A DNA stretch of 64,000 nt from the NCBI GenBank assembly GCA_047150005.1, contig AP038806.1:3968001-4032000 (forward strand). The letters run 5' to 3'. A program made the position numbers and the translations under genes. Each line of letters starts with the position of its first letter. Positions within the stretch are counted from its first letter, which is position 1. This DNA comes from Nitrospira sp. (GTDB taxonomy: Bacteria > Nitrospirota > Nitrospiria > Nitrospirales > Nitrospiraceae). Positions 8,883 to 19,366 of the stretch are shown here, in pieces. Under the pieces are notes generated by a model that saw only the letters and a list, made by a program, of their open reading frames with translations, was not told the DNA's origin and ran no database searches.

Positions 8883-9479
8883 ATGGATCAGAATCTTGAA
8901 CTGGACCGCCTGCTGGAAAAGATGGTCGCGGAATACCTGGAGCGCAACGGGGCGGCTGCGACTCTGAAGCGGATGCTGGATCAGGTCGGCGTCGGGTTTA
9001 CGCCGGTCATCGATCACCTCACGCTCCGTACCAAGGACATCGATCGACGGGCAAAGCCGTTCGTGGCTCTCGGCTATGCCTATGACGAAACGCTCGAATT
9101 CGACGACTGGTACGCCAAGGTCTACCGAAAGAACGGCTACCCGGCGCTCTTCATTGATCAGGCCTATCCCGACGGTCGCGGGAAGACCAGCATTATTCCT
9201 GGGTGGGTGGAGCAGTTTGGAGATGAACATTTTCACCATATCGCCGTGAGGGTCGAAGACATCGAAATCGCCATCGAACGGCTGAAAGGCCAAGGCATCG
9301 TCTTCGCGGGGAAGATCGTCGGAGCGCAGGGAGACCAGCTACGTCAGATTTTCTCGGCGCCTGAAATGGTAGGCGGTCATCCGTTTTCAGTCCTGGAGCT
9401 GGCGGAACGCCATCGTGGTTATCGGGGCTTCCTGCCCCCGCAAGCGGACAGTTTGATGAAATCCTCCGCCGGCCGGTAA
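8883..9479 (+). CDS. VOC/glyoxalase-fold metalloprotein, DUF1338/HglS-like
   Basis: ATG after GAGG; IDHLTLRT, FHHIAVRV and LELAERH supply a His/His/Glu metal triad; C-terminal GF...ADSLMKSS. Confidence 0.75.
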   Translation: MDQNLELDRLLEKMVAEYLERNGAAATLKRMLDQVGVGFTPVIDHLTLRTKDIDRRAKPFVALGYAYDETLEFDDWYAKVYRKNGYPALFIDQAYPDGRGKTSIIPGWVEQFGDEHFHHIAVRVEDIEIAIERLKGQGIVFAGKIVGAQGDQLRQIFSAPEMVGGHPFSVLELAERHRGYRGFLPPQADSLMKSSAGR

Positions 9480-9920
9480 CCGATCTTTCTCTTGTCGCCG
9501 CGACCGCCGCATCGTGAACACCGGCAGATACCATGTGGGCTTCATTCGGCCGAAATCCGTTCGGACGTGCGTCTTCAATGCACGCTTTGAGTCCAACACG
9601 CAAGCTCCTGCCTCGTCCGCCACATACACGACCCAATGCCAGAACGGACCGCCCTCGTGCCTGTGCCACTTGATGGCCAACAGGGCGCAGGCAGGCAGGG
9701 AATGCCATGAGCGAAACGGCCTAGTCGACCGACCGGACCGTATGCCAAACCTGGAAAGCAAGCGACGGACGTGGTCGGGATTCGACCACAGTCGTGGATC
9801 GGCGGCAACAATGCCGGCCGAACCGGCCACCCGTTTCGCCGTTGCGTAAGACACCCCCGCGATCGCCGCCACAGCGGCAATACCGCATCCTGTCCGCTCC
9901 TCTTGAATCACCGGTTTCAT
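9387..9920 (-). CDS. Peptidase C39-like cysteine protease
   Basis: IQEERTGCGIAAVA (Gln, Cys) and HWVVY...VLDS (His, Asp); ATGA overlap with the GNAT stop. Confidence 0.7.
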   Translation of the reverse strand: MKPVIQEERTGCGIAAVAAIAGVSYATAKRVAGSAGIVAADPRLWSNPDHVRRLLSRFGIRSGRSTRPFRSWHSLPACALLAIKWHRHEGGPFWHWVVYVADEAGACVLDSKRALKTHVRTDFGRMKPTWYLPVFTMRRSRRQEKDRLPAGGGFHQTVRLRGQEAPITTMAFRQLQD

Positions 9921-10396
9921 GGCAGATCAACCTTGAGCTTTCTTCCCCCAGAAACCTGAAACCCTTGGCTCGTATAGAACTTCATCGTCCGTTCAAACTG
10001 CGGTAAGGGAGGTGCGGTGACCTCCAACCTGGTCCATCCGCTCGCCTCACCGTAGCGCTTGACCTCCCTCAAGAGGTGAGCGCCCACACCCCGTGAGCGA
10101 TAGGCCGCGCGCACATAGACTTCCGGGATCGTCCCGAATCGGCCACCCGCATACAGCCCAAAGCTTTCATAGACGCTCAGAAACCCCATCGTCTGAGCCC
10201 CTCCCGGATCCCGCGCCAGGAAGACCGCGTAGGACCGATTGGTCAACCAATCCTGTGCATGAGATTCCGTCGCGTCATGGTCGACTCGAAACGCGGCCTC
10301 ACCGATTGTCGTCATGATCTCCTGCAGCAGCTCGCCGACCATCTCGGCGATGAGCGGTGCATCGGCCGGGTCTGCTCGTGCAATATCCGATGCCAT
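9917..10396 (-). CDS. GNAT family N-acetyltransferase
   Basis: IPEVYVRAAYRSRGVGAHLL motif A; KFYTSQGF. Confidence 0.88.
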   Translation of the reverse strand: MASDIARADPADAPLIAEMVGELLQEIMTTIGEAAFRVDHDATESHAQDWLTNRSYAVFLARDPGGAQTMGFLSVYESFGLYAGGRFGTIPEVYVRAAYRSRGVGAHLLREVKRYGEASGWTRLEVTAPPLPQFERTMKFYTSQGFQVSGGRKLKVDLP

Positions 10397-10602
10397 GAAC
10401 ATAGAGATCGCCGTTCCCCTATTGACCTCGATCAACGAGCCAGTCCCTACCCTAACGATACTCAGGGCAAGGAGCAAGTCTCTCGGAATCGGTCAGAACA
10501 GGACTCATCCTGCCATCAGGTATCGGCCCGAGACTGGAGAACGAGGAAATCGGGTTGTACGTGAAAGAACCGGAAACAGCACGGCCGGGGGGAAACGCCC
10601 GT

Positions 10603-10971
10603 TCAGGACGTGGGACCGGTCAGACGGCCCACGGTTTCAAGCAGGCGCGGCACTGCGACGGGTTTGACGAGTGTTTCGTGCGCACCAAAGAATCTGGCGA
10701 CGCTGCAATAGTCGAGATCGCGCGCCCCACTGGACACGGCGACGACCTTGACACGAGGAAATTGCTGATGGAGCATCCAGGTGAGTTCGAGACCATCCAT
10801 ATCCGGCATCAGGATATCCGTAATGACCAAATCGACTGCATGGCGTTGGAGATGAGCCAAACCGTCTCGCGCTGAAGAGACTTCATTGACGGCATACCCG
10901 GCTCCTTCCAACGTCCGCCGGAAGAATTGTCGGGCCGACGCTTCATCGTCGATAAGAAGAATTTCAGCCAA
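10603..10971 (-). CDS. Single-domain response regulator (REC)
   Basis: ILLIDD, VITDILMPDMDG, AVSSG, LVKP. Confidence 0.9.
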   Translation of the reverse strand: MAEILLIDDEASARQFFRRTLEGAGYAVNEVSSARDGLAHLQRHAVDLVITDILMPDMDGLELTWMLHQQFPRVKVVAVSSGARDLDYCSVARFFGAHETLVKPVAVPRLLETVGRLTGPTS

Positions 10972-11074
10972 AGTGCCGGTTCCTCATCTTGATTCTTGTA
11001 TCAAAAGATCAGGTCTGGCCGATACTGGCGGAGACGCCAGGTACCCCTAGGGGGCCCCTGAATGGCTTTCACAT

Positions 11075-11932
11075 CTAGCGATGTCCGATGGATTCGATCA
11101 GCCGGAGATCCGCTTCGGCCAACGTAAAGTTCTGGCAGGCAAGGTCATCTTTCATATGCTGGAGATTGGTCGTACCCGTCAGTGGCAACATGCCGATCTG
11201 CATGGCAAATCGAAACACCAGCTGGGCCAAACCCATACCGTAGCGCCCTGCCATGGCTCTGATGTCCGGATCGACAAAGACTTCGCGATTGGCCGTCAAC
11301 AGAGAAAAGCCTTGATAGAGGATGTGCTGGGCCTGGCAAATCTCGCGCACTCCCCGGTCCCAACCGAACGCCGCATAGCAGCGGTTTTGCACCACCATTG
11401 GCTTGATCCTGCCTTGTTCGCACAACAAAGCCAGTTGCTCGGCCGTCACGTTGCTGATTCCGATCATTCTGGTTTTCTTGGCATCGTAGAGCCGCTCGAA
11501 CGCGGCCCATACTTCCCAGTCCTCGGCCCCAAGCCCTCGTCTGCTGTAGGGGCCGTGAAGTACATAGGAATCTACATAATCAGTGCGCAAGTGCCCCAGT
11601 GAACTTTCGAAGGATTGTTCCACCTGCAGACCCACCCCGGCATGCGGATCATAGGGTGTACGATGGTCCTGGCCGTTGAGAGGGGTGAACTTCGTCTGGA
11701 CGAACAGGTGTTCACGAGCCACGCCCTCCCGGGCCAACCTGACCAGCGCGTCCCCTACCCGCGCTTCATCATAGTGGATCAGTTGATTGGCTGTATCGAT
11801 CGCCTGAAAACCGGCTTCCACCGCCGTCATGACGAGTTGCGTGGTGGCCTCCTTCTTCCACGCGGTGCCGTACATCAACGAGGGCACCGGCACACCATTG
11901 TACGCGGTTACTGTGTCTTCGCGATTCCCCAT
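11075..11932 (-). CDS. Aldo/keto reductase
   Basis: YGTAWK, GFQAIDTA...Y.E, FVQTKF, LRTDYVDSYVLH, IGISNV. Confidence 0.9.
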   Translation of the reverse strand: MGNREDTVTAYNGVPVPSLMYGTAWKKEATTQLVMTAVEAGFQAIDTANQLIHYDEARVGDALVRLAREGVAREHLFVQTKFTPLNGQDHRTPYDPHAGVGLQVEQSFESSLGHLRTDYVDSYVLHGPYSRRGLGAEDWEVWAAFERLYDAKKTRMIGISNVTAEQLALLCEQGRIKPMVVQNRCYAAFGWDRGVREICQAQHILYQGFSLLTANREVFVDPDIRAMAGRYGMGLAQLVFRFAMQIGMLPLTGTTNLQHMKDDLACQNFTLAEADLRLIESIGHR

Positions 11933-11975
11933 GATGTGTCGATTCGCCGGCATTGCCGTGCTGCCGCTGATGGCA

Positions 11976-12704
11976 TCAGCGTGTCGTGAGCACGTCCTTC
12001 CATATCGCGGCCAGTTCACGCAAGGCGTCGGCGCCGTCACCCACGAATGCCGAGCCGTGCATAGCCGCCATCGTCTTGGGCCTCAGTTCAGCCAAACGGA
12101 GCAGCGTGGGTTCCGTCAATGTCGAATATGGAATGTAGTTCGCCAGAGGTCCCCGCTGATACTCGAGCAATATCCTTCGGCAACGCTCGAGCAGGTCGGA
12201 GCCGGCCACCGGCTCCACGTTGCCGCCTTGATGGAAGAGATCGGAGCAGAAAAGCGTTCGATTGACTTCCTCGAACAAGAGACCCGCTTCCCAACAATGT
12301 GGAACATGGGGCGTGCTGACGAAGCGGAATCGATACTTCCCGGTGCTGAGCACCTCCCCGTCGCTCATGCCTCTCGCCGGCCTGAGGGCGAGGCAGTCAT
12401 CGACGCTGACCACCTTGCCGACCATGCTGCACACCGCGGTGGCTTCTGAAGCCAACCCTTGCCATTCCGGCAACGTTCCGCACTCATCCGCTTCGAAATG
12501 GCTGAAGCCGATCCAACGAACCGCAGCCGGATCGATCAGCGAGGCGACCGCCTCCCTGATCCCAGGGAATAAGGCCCGAGGTCCTGTATGAAACAACAGT
12601 GGTTCCTCATCCCGAACGAGAAATTGACTGAACTGCAGGTCGAAGGCCGCAACGAATGTTGTGATCCTGAACACGTCCGGAGCAATCTCGGTGACCTGAG
12701 CCAT
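11976..12704 (-). CDS. MBL-fold protein, stand-alone flavodiiron/ODP-like di-iron domain
   Basis: [37 protein letters not shown]. Confidence 0.8.
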   Translation of the reverse strand: MAQVTEIAPDVFRITTFVAAFDLQFSQFLVRDEEPLLFHTGPRALFPGIREAVASLIDPAAVRWIGFSHFEADECGTLPEWQGLASEATAVCSMVGKVVSVDDCLALRPARGMSDGEVLSTGKYRFRFVSTPHVPHCWEAGLLFEEVNRTLFCSDLFHQGGNVEPVAGSDLLERCRRILLEYQRGPLANYIPYSTLTEPTLLRLAELRPKTMAAMHGSAFVGDGADALRELAAIWKDVLTTR

Positions 12705-12770
12705 GACACCTCCCAACAGATTTCTTCATCTGGCGCTATCGGGCACTCCCAGCTCACTCACGTCGGCTCC

Positions 12771-13046
12771 TCATGTTTCGGCCGGCGGATCTCCCTCGCG
12801 CGTCGTCATCCGCTGGGTTGTGACGAACCGGCGGACGCCGATCGCCAAGCAGGCGACCCCCGCCGTCAGCGCTACGCCGCCGAGAATGTGGATCGACGGT
12901 TGATCCGGCCACCACATCGCTGGAATGCCCGCAATAAAAAACCCGAGCGCCGTTCTGACATAGGCCAGAAGCGTCCGCTCATTGGCCAAAACCGTTCGCT
13001 GCCATGCCAGTCGATCCCGAATCTGTGTATCGGTTTCACCAGTCAT
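12771..13046 (-). CDS. DUF202 (YidH-like) small membrane protein
   Basis: RDRLAWQRTVLANERTLLAYVRTAL plus two TM helices. Confidence 0.88.
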   Translation of the reverse strand: MTGETDTQIRDRLAWQRTVLANERTLLAYVRTALGFFIAGIPAMWWPDQPSIHILGGVALTAGVACLAIGVRRFVTTQRMTTREGDPPAET

Positions 13047-13116
13047 CCCCGCCTCCGACCGGCCGTAACTGCCCGCACCTTCCGCCGGTCCGGCTCGTTG
13101 CCGTTCCGGCCGCGAC

Positions 13117-14715
13117 TCATCCCATATCTCGCAGGGTATGCCCGGGATTGCGGTCCCGCCCGATGGTTTTCATGAGCGTGTCGCCGAACAGCACGACGAC
13201 ACGATCACGCTGGTCCCTCACCAGCATCGATGCGGAGGGGGCTTTGAAGGTGGTGGGATCACCCTCCAGCCAGGCGCTGCAGGTATAGGGTAGTTGATCG
13301 AGAATGGTTTCCACCCGATATTCGTGTCGGAGTCGGTACTGCAAGACGTCGAACTGGAGACGTCCCACAGCAGCCACGAGTTGGTCCCCCTCATTGAAAC
13401 TTCGCATGATCTGAACGGTTCCCTCTTGGGCCATCTGGGTCATACCCTTGTCGAATGTCTTGCGCTTGCCGACGTCGGTTGGACGGATACGGGCAAAGAT
13501 TTCCGGTTGAAACTGAGGCAATGACTTGAAATTGAATCCGCCGGACACCGAGATGGTGTCCCCTATCGCAAAAATTCCCGGATTGATGATGCCGATGATG
13601 TCCCCCGGGAAGGCCTCTTCGACCGTACTGCGCTCCTGCGCCACCATGCTGTGAGGACGGGACAGCCGAATTTCACGATTCAGACGATGATGCTTGACCA
13701 CCATGTCACGCTCGAACCGCCCGGAACAAATGCGGATAAATGCCGTACTATCGCGGTGTTTCGGATTCATGTTCGCCTGGAGCTTGAAGACATAGGCGCT
13801 GAACGGGGTCTCGATCGGATCGACCGAGACTTCGGCTCCATCTTCCAGGTCAGCCGGTCTTGCCCCTGGCGCAGGAGCCAGGCTCACGAAGGCGTCCAAA
13901 AAGCTCTCGATTCCGAAATTCGTCAGCGCCGAAGCAAAGAACACCGGCGTCACCAAGCCCTGGAGGAATCGCTCGCGGGCGAAATGGTTGCCTGCAATCT
14001 CAAGCAGTTCCAAGTCGTGATCCACCTGCATCATCGTGTCTTGCGAGACCCGGCCGCTGCTTCCGAGTTCCGCCACCCCGAGTTCGCTGACCGTCACCTT
14101 GGTCGCTCCCCCCGGCGCCGTTCGCCCGAACAACTGCACCCGGCCGTCCTCCCGATTCACGATCCCCACGAAGTCGCTTCCGGATCCGATCGGCCAATTG
14201 ACCGCGCTGGCCTGAATATCCAGCGCCTGCTCCACTTCCGTCATCAAATCAAGCGGTGGCCGTCCCGGCAGATCCATCTTGTTGACGAGGGTCAGGACCG
14301 GAATCTTCCGCATGCGACAAACCGTAAACAGTTTCCTGGTCTGCGCTTCAACACCCTTGGCCGCGTCGATGACCATGATGGCGCTGTCTGCCGCCGTAAG
14401 CGTCCGATAGGTATCTTCGGAAAAATCCTGGTGTCCCGGGGTATCCAGCAGGTTGATAACGGCATCCTTGTAGGGGAACTGCATGGCCGAAGCGGTGATT
14501 GAGATCCCGCGCTCCTGTTCCATTCCCATCCAGTCCGAGGCAGTGACCTTTCCCCCCTTGCGACCACGCACCATCCCCGCCGTACGGATCAACCCCGAGT
14601 ACAGCAGCAGCTTCTCGGTCAGGGTCGTCTTTCCCGCGTCAGGATGGCTGATGATCGCGAAGGTTCGTCGTTGCGCCGTCGCGGAAGCCAAGGCATGTTG
14701 AAGGGTCGTTTCCAT
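13117..14715 (-). CDS. prfC: Peptide chain release factor 3
   Basis: RRTFAIISHPDAGKTTLTEKLLL, SDWM.ME.ERGISI, LLDTPGHQDFSEDTYRTL, NKMD, FKLQANMNPKHRD. Confidence 0.97.
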   Translation of the reverse strand: METTLQHALASATAQRRTFAIISHPDAGKTTLTEKLLLYSGLIRTAGMVRGRKGGKVTASDWMGMEQERGISITASAMQFPYKDAVINLLDTPGHQDFSEDTYRTLTAADSAIMVIDAAKGVEAQTRKLFTVCRMRKIPVLTLVNKMDLPGRPPLDLMTEVEQALDIQASAVNWPIGSGSDFVGIVNREDGRVQLFGRTAPGGATKVTVSELGVAELGSSGRVSQDTMMQVDHDLELLEIAGNHFARERFLQGLVTPVFFASALTNFGIESFLDAFVSLAPAPGARPADLEDGAEVSVDPIETPFSAYVFKLQANMNPKHRDSTAFIRICSGRFERDMVVKHHRLNREIRLSRPHSMVAQERSTVEEAFPGDIIGIINPGIFAIGDTISVSGGFNFKSLPQFQPEIFARIRPTDVGKRKTFDKGMTQMAQEGTVQIMRSFNEGDQLVAAVGRLQFDVLQYRLRHEYRVETILDQLPYTCSAWLEGDPTTFKAPSASMLVRDQRDRVVVLFGDTLMKTIGRDRNPGHTLRDMG

Positions 14716-14753
14716 GTGCACGATCGGAACGGCAGCATACCACAATGGCGCAC

Positions 14754-16169
14754 CTACTGCTCCAGGAAGGCGCGGATCATCGGCTCCTTTTGCGCGACCA
14801 CCTTTCGTGCAGCCGTGACCACCAAATCGCGCTCACAGGCCGAATGCAACCAGAGTCTCGTGACGATCTTCGCCAGACGTTCGACCACCGCGCGCGGCGT
14901 CGTCAACGTCGGATCCTCCTTTCGACAGCTCTCGGGAAGATCGCGCAGATCATCGCTCCATTGCGCGTCGGTATGGCTGACCCTCACGAGCAACAACTTT
15001 TCGATGCCCGGCAGCAATCCTTCCCGCTGCGCCCCGTTCAGGAACAGCGCCCGGTAGGCGGCGACACGTTCTTCCATGATCGTCGGAATACGCGAATAGT
15101 CGTAACTGAACAGCGAGAACCCCTCGGCAAAGCTGTTCAATCGCTCCCCGCCCACATCGAACGGGAACGAACTGTCCAGCGCGATAATGAGCCCTCTGCG
15201 GATTTTACCCGTCTGAATCTTCTTCAGGAACATCATCGCCAGCGATTCGACCCCGGTGTTGTCCGAAAGCCCCCCGTCTCCCGCATGCCAGTACAGGTCC
15301 TGGTCTTCAATCCGAAACGTGATCGGTCCGATCAGCGGCGGAAACGACATGGACGCGGCCACCGCCGTGGCTACCTGGACCTGACAATGATCGAGTTCCA
15401 AGTCTTGCGGCGTAATTGAAACGAGGGATTCCCAGCGCGCCCGGAGGGCGTCGCTGAGCACGGGGGACTCGCGGTCGTTTCCCTCAGGCAAGGACAACGA
15501 GTGGAAAAGATCGTAGTGGGAATATTCCACGGGCAGCGTGGACATGATGAAACGACGGCCGCTGTTGTAGAGCGTCGTGTTCAGAATGAGGTAGGGGACA
15601 TCTCCTTGGATTTCCCGGTGCATGAGGTCCTGAAATGTGGCCTCACCCAAGTAGTCTTCCCGGAGTATTTCGCCCAGGGATTTGGCGGCCCAGGCCGGAT
15701 TGAACCACCGCAGGCGGAAGATCTGCCGTCGGAGCAGCGGCCCCTCGAAGTCCAGGCTCATGATTTTTTCGAATTGGGCGAAGAACTGCTGGTACTCCGG
15801 GGACAGTTCGCCGTTCGGCGCCAAAATCGGCAGCTGGCGCGGCGGTTTCTTCAAGGTGTAATACGCGGAGGCCAGACTGCCTCCGGAAACGCTCGACACA
15901 TATGCCACGTGATCGAGCAGCGACCGGCGATCCGATCCCACGCGCAGTTTCGCCAACGCTTCCATGCCGCCCGCCGCAAACAAGGCGGCGCGGCTTCCCC
16001 CGCCCGACACGGCCAGGCCGACCACGTGATCCGTATCGGGAGGAGCCGCCAGACAGGCATTCGCCGTCACACTTCTCGGTGCAGTATAGACAGGCGAACC
16101 GAAGCACCCGCCTGCAAGCGAGGCCAATGCCATGCACACAACCGCCAAGAACGGTCTCGTCATTGTCAC
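14754..16169 (-). CDS. Patatin-like phospholipase, predicted lipoprotein
   Basis: Lipobox-like LAGGC; SGGGSRAA, SSVSGGS nucleophile elbow, DGG. Confidence 0.85.
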   Translation of the reverse strand: MTMTRPFLAVVCMALASLAGGCFGSPVYTAPRSVTANACLAAPPDTDHVVGLAVSGGGSRAALFAAGGMEALAKLRVGSDRRSLLDHVAYVSSVSGGSLASAYYTLKKPPRQLPILAPNGELSPEYQQFFAQFEKIMSLDFEGPLLRRQIFRLRWFNPAWAAKSLGEILREDYLGEATFQDLMHREIQGDVPYLILNTTLYNSGRRFIMSTLPVEYSHYDLFHSLSLPEGNDRESPVLSDALRARWESLVSITPQDLELDHCQVQVATAVAASMSFPPLIGPITFRIEDQDLYWHAGDGGLSDNTGVESLAMMFLKKIQTGKIRRGLIIALDSSFPFDVGGERLNSFAEGFSLFSYDYSRIPTIMEERVAAYRALFLNGAQREGLLPGIEKLLLVRVSHTDAQWSDDLRDLPESCRKEDPTLTTPRAVVERLAKIVTRLWLHSACERDLVVTAARKVVAQKEPMIRAFLEQ

Positions 16170-16344
16170 GACACAAGAAGAATCAGCCGCTCAGGCCGCC
16201 GGTGGAACCCCGGCGGGCGGGGCACTATACTGATCCCTCTCCAATCCGGTCAAGCGGTCGGCGACGGCGGAAATCGGAGAGACTCGTTTCAAGAGATAGC
16301 GGCCTTGCTGAATGGAAAGCCGGCTCGTTAGAATGTCGAGCCTC

Positions 16345-16777
16345 ATGACCGTTGAAGCAGCGCGGGCGCACTACAACCTTCTGTTGACACTCTATATCCG
16401 GAAAGCGGAAACATTCGGGCCGGTGGCGTTCGCATTCATCAAGGACCACAGCCGGACCAACTCGGCCTGACGCCCGAAGAGCAATTCACGCTCTATACGG
16501 CCGTCGCCGAGGCGGTCGCCGACGAGCCGAACAGGGAGGAGCCGGATTGCTCACCAGGACCTATGCCTCGGAAAAAACGGCCGCCTATGCGGGTGTCGGC
16601 AGTCAGCCTTGGCAGCGAGGACTGAGCTTCAATTTCGTCAACATGCATTTGCAGTTACTGCCTGACGCAACCGCCGCCGTCATTCCGGCCAACACTCCGG
16701 TGTTTTCACTCTTCCCGGTGCTGGCGCGAGGCCAATACGAACTGACCGACGCCCGAGCTCTTGCGCCCCGATCCTAA
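16345..16777 (+). pseudogene. Fragmented hypothetical gene (probable frameshifted/deleted remnant)
   Basis: Three protein-like pieces in different frames: MTVEAARAHYNLLLTLYIRKAETFGPVAFAFIKDH (stop 16470), DQLGLTPEEQFTLYTAVAEAVADEP, and LLTRTYAS...VIPANTPVFSLFPVLARGQYELTDARALAPRS. Confidence 0.45.
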
Positions 16778-16809
16778 GCGCCGGAGAAACAGGCCGCAAC
16801 CGCCGGTGC

Positions 16810-17274
16810 CTATCGGCTCCCACGAAATCCTGTCTGCCGCCAGGCCTCATACACGATCACGGCCACCGCGTTCGAGAGATTGAGGCTCCGGCTGTCGGGC
16901 AACATCGGCAGGCGCAGTCGCTCGAGTTCGTTCACGCTCCCCAGAAGAGCTTCCGGCAATCCTCTCGTTTCCGCTCCGAACAGGAACACATCGCCCTCCA
17001 CATACTTCACGGCGTCGTAGCGTTGTCGGCCTTTCGTGGTGACGGCGAACAGACGTCTGCCTTCGAAATGTGCACGGCATTGAGCCCAGTTGGCATGGAC
17101 GGTGATCGAGGCCCGTTCGTGATAGTCCAACCCGGCCCGTCTCAACTGTCTGTCTTCGAGGGAGAAGCCCAACGGCTCGACGAGATGAAGCCGAACTCCG
17201 GTGTTCGCGCACAGCCTGATGATGTTGCCGGTATTGGGGGGAATCTCCGGTTCATGGAGGATCACGTCGAACAT
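16810..17274 (-). CDS. trmL: tRNA (cytidine/uridine(34)-2'-O)-methyltransferase
   Basis: [46 protein letters not shown]. Confidence 0.96.
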   Translation of the reverse strand: MFDVILHEPEIPPNTGNIIRLCANTGVRLHLVEPLGFSLEDRQLRRAGLDYHERASITVHANWAQCRAHFEGRRLFAVTTKGRQRYDAVKYVEGDVFLFGAETRGLPEALLGSVNELERLRLPMLPDSRSLNLSNAVAVIVYEAWRQTGFRGSR

Positions 17275-17470
17275 GGTCGATGTCCTTTCTCCCGATAGCG
17301 AGAAGATCGGTGCCGGCGCGGTTCCGCCGATCAAGGTCCCGATTCCGACAAGGTCGGAACGCCGCACGAATCCTTCCGGTCGATCCTGTCTCTTACCAAC
17401 CCTAGGAGACCCGTGCGAGGATGGACTGCCCTGTACCATCCGATTTCGGTTCCTGCAACATCTTGTTATC

Positions 17471-19297
17471 ATGCACCAGATGGACTGCAATCCTATTCGT
17501 AGCCAACGCACCGGCGGTCGCGGCTTCGCATCTCGGCCGTTGCCGCGCGGTGTGATCGAAACGACCTTCATCTTGGGGCTGCTCGCCACGACGACGGTTC
17601 CCACTGCCTGGGGAGAGGAAGCCCGTGTTCTCCCCGAGGCGCGTGTGGTTGAACAGGCTCGCATCGTCTGGGAAAGCGGGGCCGTCGCGCCGGCGCTGGA
17701 TATAGTGGAACAAGGCATACAGGATCATCCGGAAGCCGTGACCCTCCAGAAACTTCGAGGAGATATTCTCGCCACTTCCCGCGGTCCGCGGGAAGCCATC
17801 GAGGCCTATGATGCCGTCCTCGCGAGCGCGCCGCATGCCCTCGACGTCAGATGGGCGAAGTGGGGGGTGCTCGTGCGGTCGGGCCAAAGCGAAGATGCCG
17901 TCGAAGAACTGCAGCTGATCGTCGAGGATGACCCGCAGAATCCATTGGTGCATTTGCGTCTCGCACAAGAGCTCAGAAAACTCGATCGACTCGAAGAATC
18001 TCTGCCCTCGTATCAGAAAGCCGTCACGCTCGTCCCCTCGCTGCTCGGCTGGCGATTGGCGTTGGCCCGCGCGCGTTTCGATCTCTTGGACTATCAGGGG
18101 GCCGAAGCCGACGTTCGTTACGTGCTAGAGCGGGTTCCTCCAGGCTCCTCTCTGGAGGCTCCCGCAAAGACGCTGCTCTCCGTGATCCAAGGAACCTCCC
18201 AGGACCGCGGAAGGCGATACGACCCGGCTCTCGCCCCGAAAGAGATCTCCCCTGCCCGTCAGAAAGAGTGGGCTCTGATCCGCGCGGACGCGTGGAGACT
18301 GTACATCGACGGGCACTACAAGGAAGCCGAGCCGATCTATCGTCAACTTCTGGCCCTCAATCCCAACGACCCTTCAGCCACACACCAGCTGGGATTGACA
18401 CTCATGCATCTTGGCCGGTGCAAGGATGCGCTGGCCGTCTTCGGCACGATGTTCAATCTTGATCCGAGCGACGAGGACTATGCCGATACGGTCTATCGAA
18501 TGGGGCAATGCATGGTCGAACTCGAACAATGGGAAGAGGCCTTCGCGCATTTTCAAACCTTGTACGACGCCGCCGTCGAATCCGAAGAGAACAACAAGCA
18601 CGTTGAGCTTCCACCCGACACACGGGTGCTGGATAGGAACAAGATCAAGCGCTGGCTCGACAAGGTGCGCCCCCACGTTCCCGAATTGGCGCGGCAGCAG
18701 GCTGAGGAGGCCGCTTTGCACCGTCGGGCCCGCAAAGAAGCCGCTCCCGGCCTGTCCGAGGAGGAACTCTATGCGAAAGCCATCGAACGAGTGAAACCGA
18801 TCAAACCCTTGGAGATTCATGCCTCGCTGGTTGGCCGCGATGCAGATTTCAGCTGGTTTCGGTTCGTCATTCCGGCCGGAAAGGTCATGCGGGATGATTT
18901 TCCGACCGGGGCGCACGAATTTATCCCCCTCAACCCGGGAGACAGCTTCCTCACCACGCAACAGGACATTTATCTCGTGTTCGGGCTGGTTTCCGCCTCA
19001 TATGATGCCATTCCGCTGGCGGTGCGATGTTTTCTTGAAACATCCGAGATGGCGGGTGAGCCGCGAGCCATCGCCCAGGACCATGTCTTGATGGCCATGA
19101 ACGATCAATCGGGGTACTTCAGGCTGCCGTCTCCGACCTCCGGCTGGACGACGGGATTGTACCGTTGCGGTTTGTTCGCAGGCGAACGTACTTCGGCGGA
19201 CACGCAGGTGGATGAAGTCCGGTTCCGGATCTTGCAGCCGCTGCGTATCTCGTCACCTATCGAACCTCTTGTCCACAGATCGGAACCGCCTGGTTGA
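17471..19297 (+). CDS. Exported tetratricopeptide-repeat protein with C-terminal beta-sandwich-like domain (start uncertain)
   Basis: Signal-like segment [19 protein letters not shown] helices ([32 protein letters not shown]); C-terminal GWTTGLYRC strand pattern. Confidence 0.8.
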   Translation: MHQMDCNPIRSQRTGGRGFASRPLPRGVIETTFILGLLATTTVPTAWGEEARVLPEARVVEQARIVWESGAVAPALDIVEQGIQDHPEAVTLQKLRGDILATSRGPREAIEAYDAVLASAPHALDVRWAKWGVLVRSGQSEDAVEELQLIVEDDPQNPLVHLRLAQELRKLDRLEESLPSYQKAVTLVPSLLGWRLALARARFDLLDYQGAEADVRYVLERVPPGSSLEAPAKTLLSVIQGTSQDRGRRYDPALAPKEISPARQKEWALIRADAWRLYIDGHYKEAEPIYRQLLALNPNDPSATHQLGLTLMHLGRCKDALAVFGTMFNLDPSDEDYADTVYRMGQCMVELEQWEEAFAHFQTLYDAAVESEENNKHVELPPDTRVLDRNKIKRWLDKVRPHVPELARQQAEEAALHRRARKEAAPGLSEEELYAKAIERVKPIKPLEIHASLVGRDADFSWFRFVIPAGKVMRDDFPTGAHEFIPLNPGDSFLTTQQDIYLVFGLVSASYDAIPLAVRCFLETSEMAGEPRAIAQDHVLMAMNDQSGYFRLPSPTSGWTTGLYRCGLFAGERTSADTQVDEVRFRILQPLRISSPIEPLVHRSEPPG

Positions 19298-19366
19298 GCC
19301 TCGCCGCATCGGCAACGCTTCGTGGTGCCGAAACGGCGAGGCGCAAACCGGTGCATCTCGCTTCGC

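Noticed and set aside
11042..11056. TACCCCTAGGGG NarL-like half-site upstream of a REC gene (similar TACCCT hexamers near 2778-2803)
   Set aside because: Does not form a full 7-2-7 site and is too short to distinguish from chance
17275..17718. Long N-terminal extensions of trmL and the TPR gene in the ORF track
   Set aside because: They overlap each other divergently; trmL homology starts at 17274
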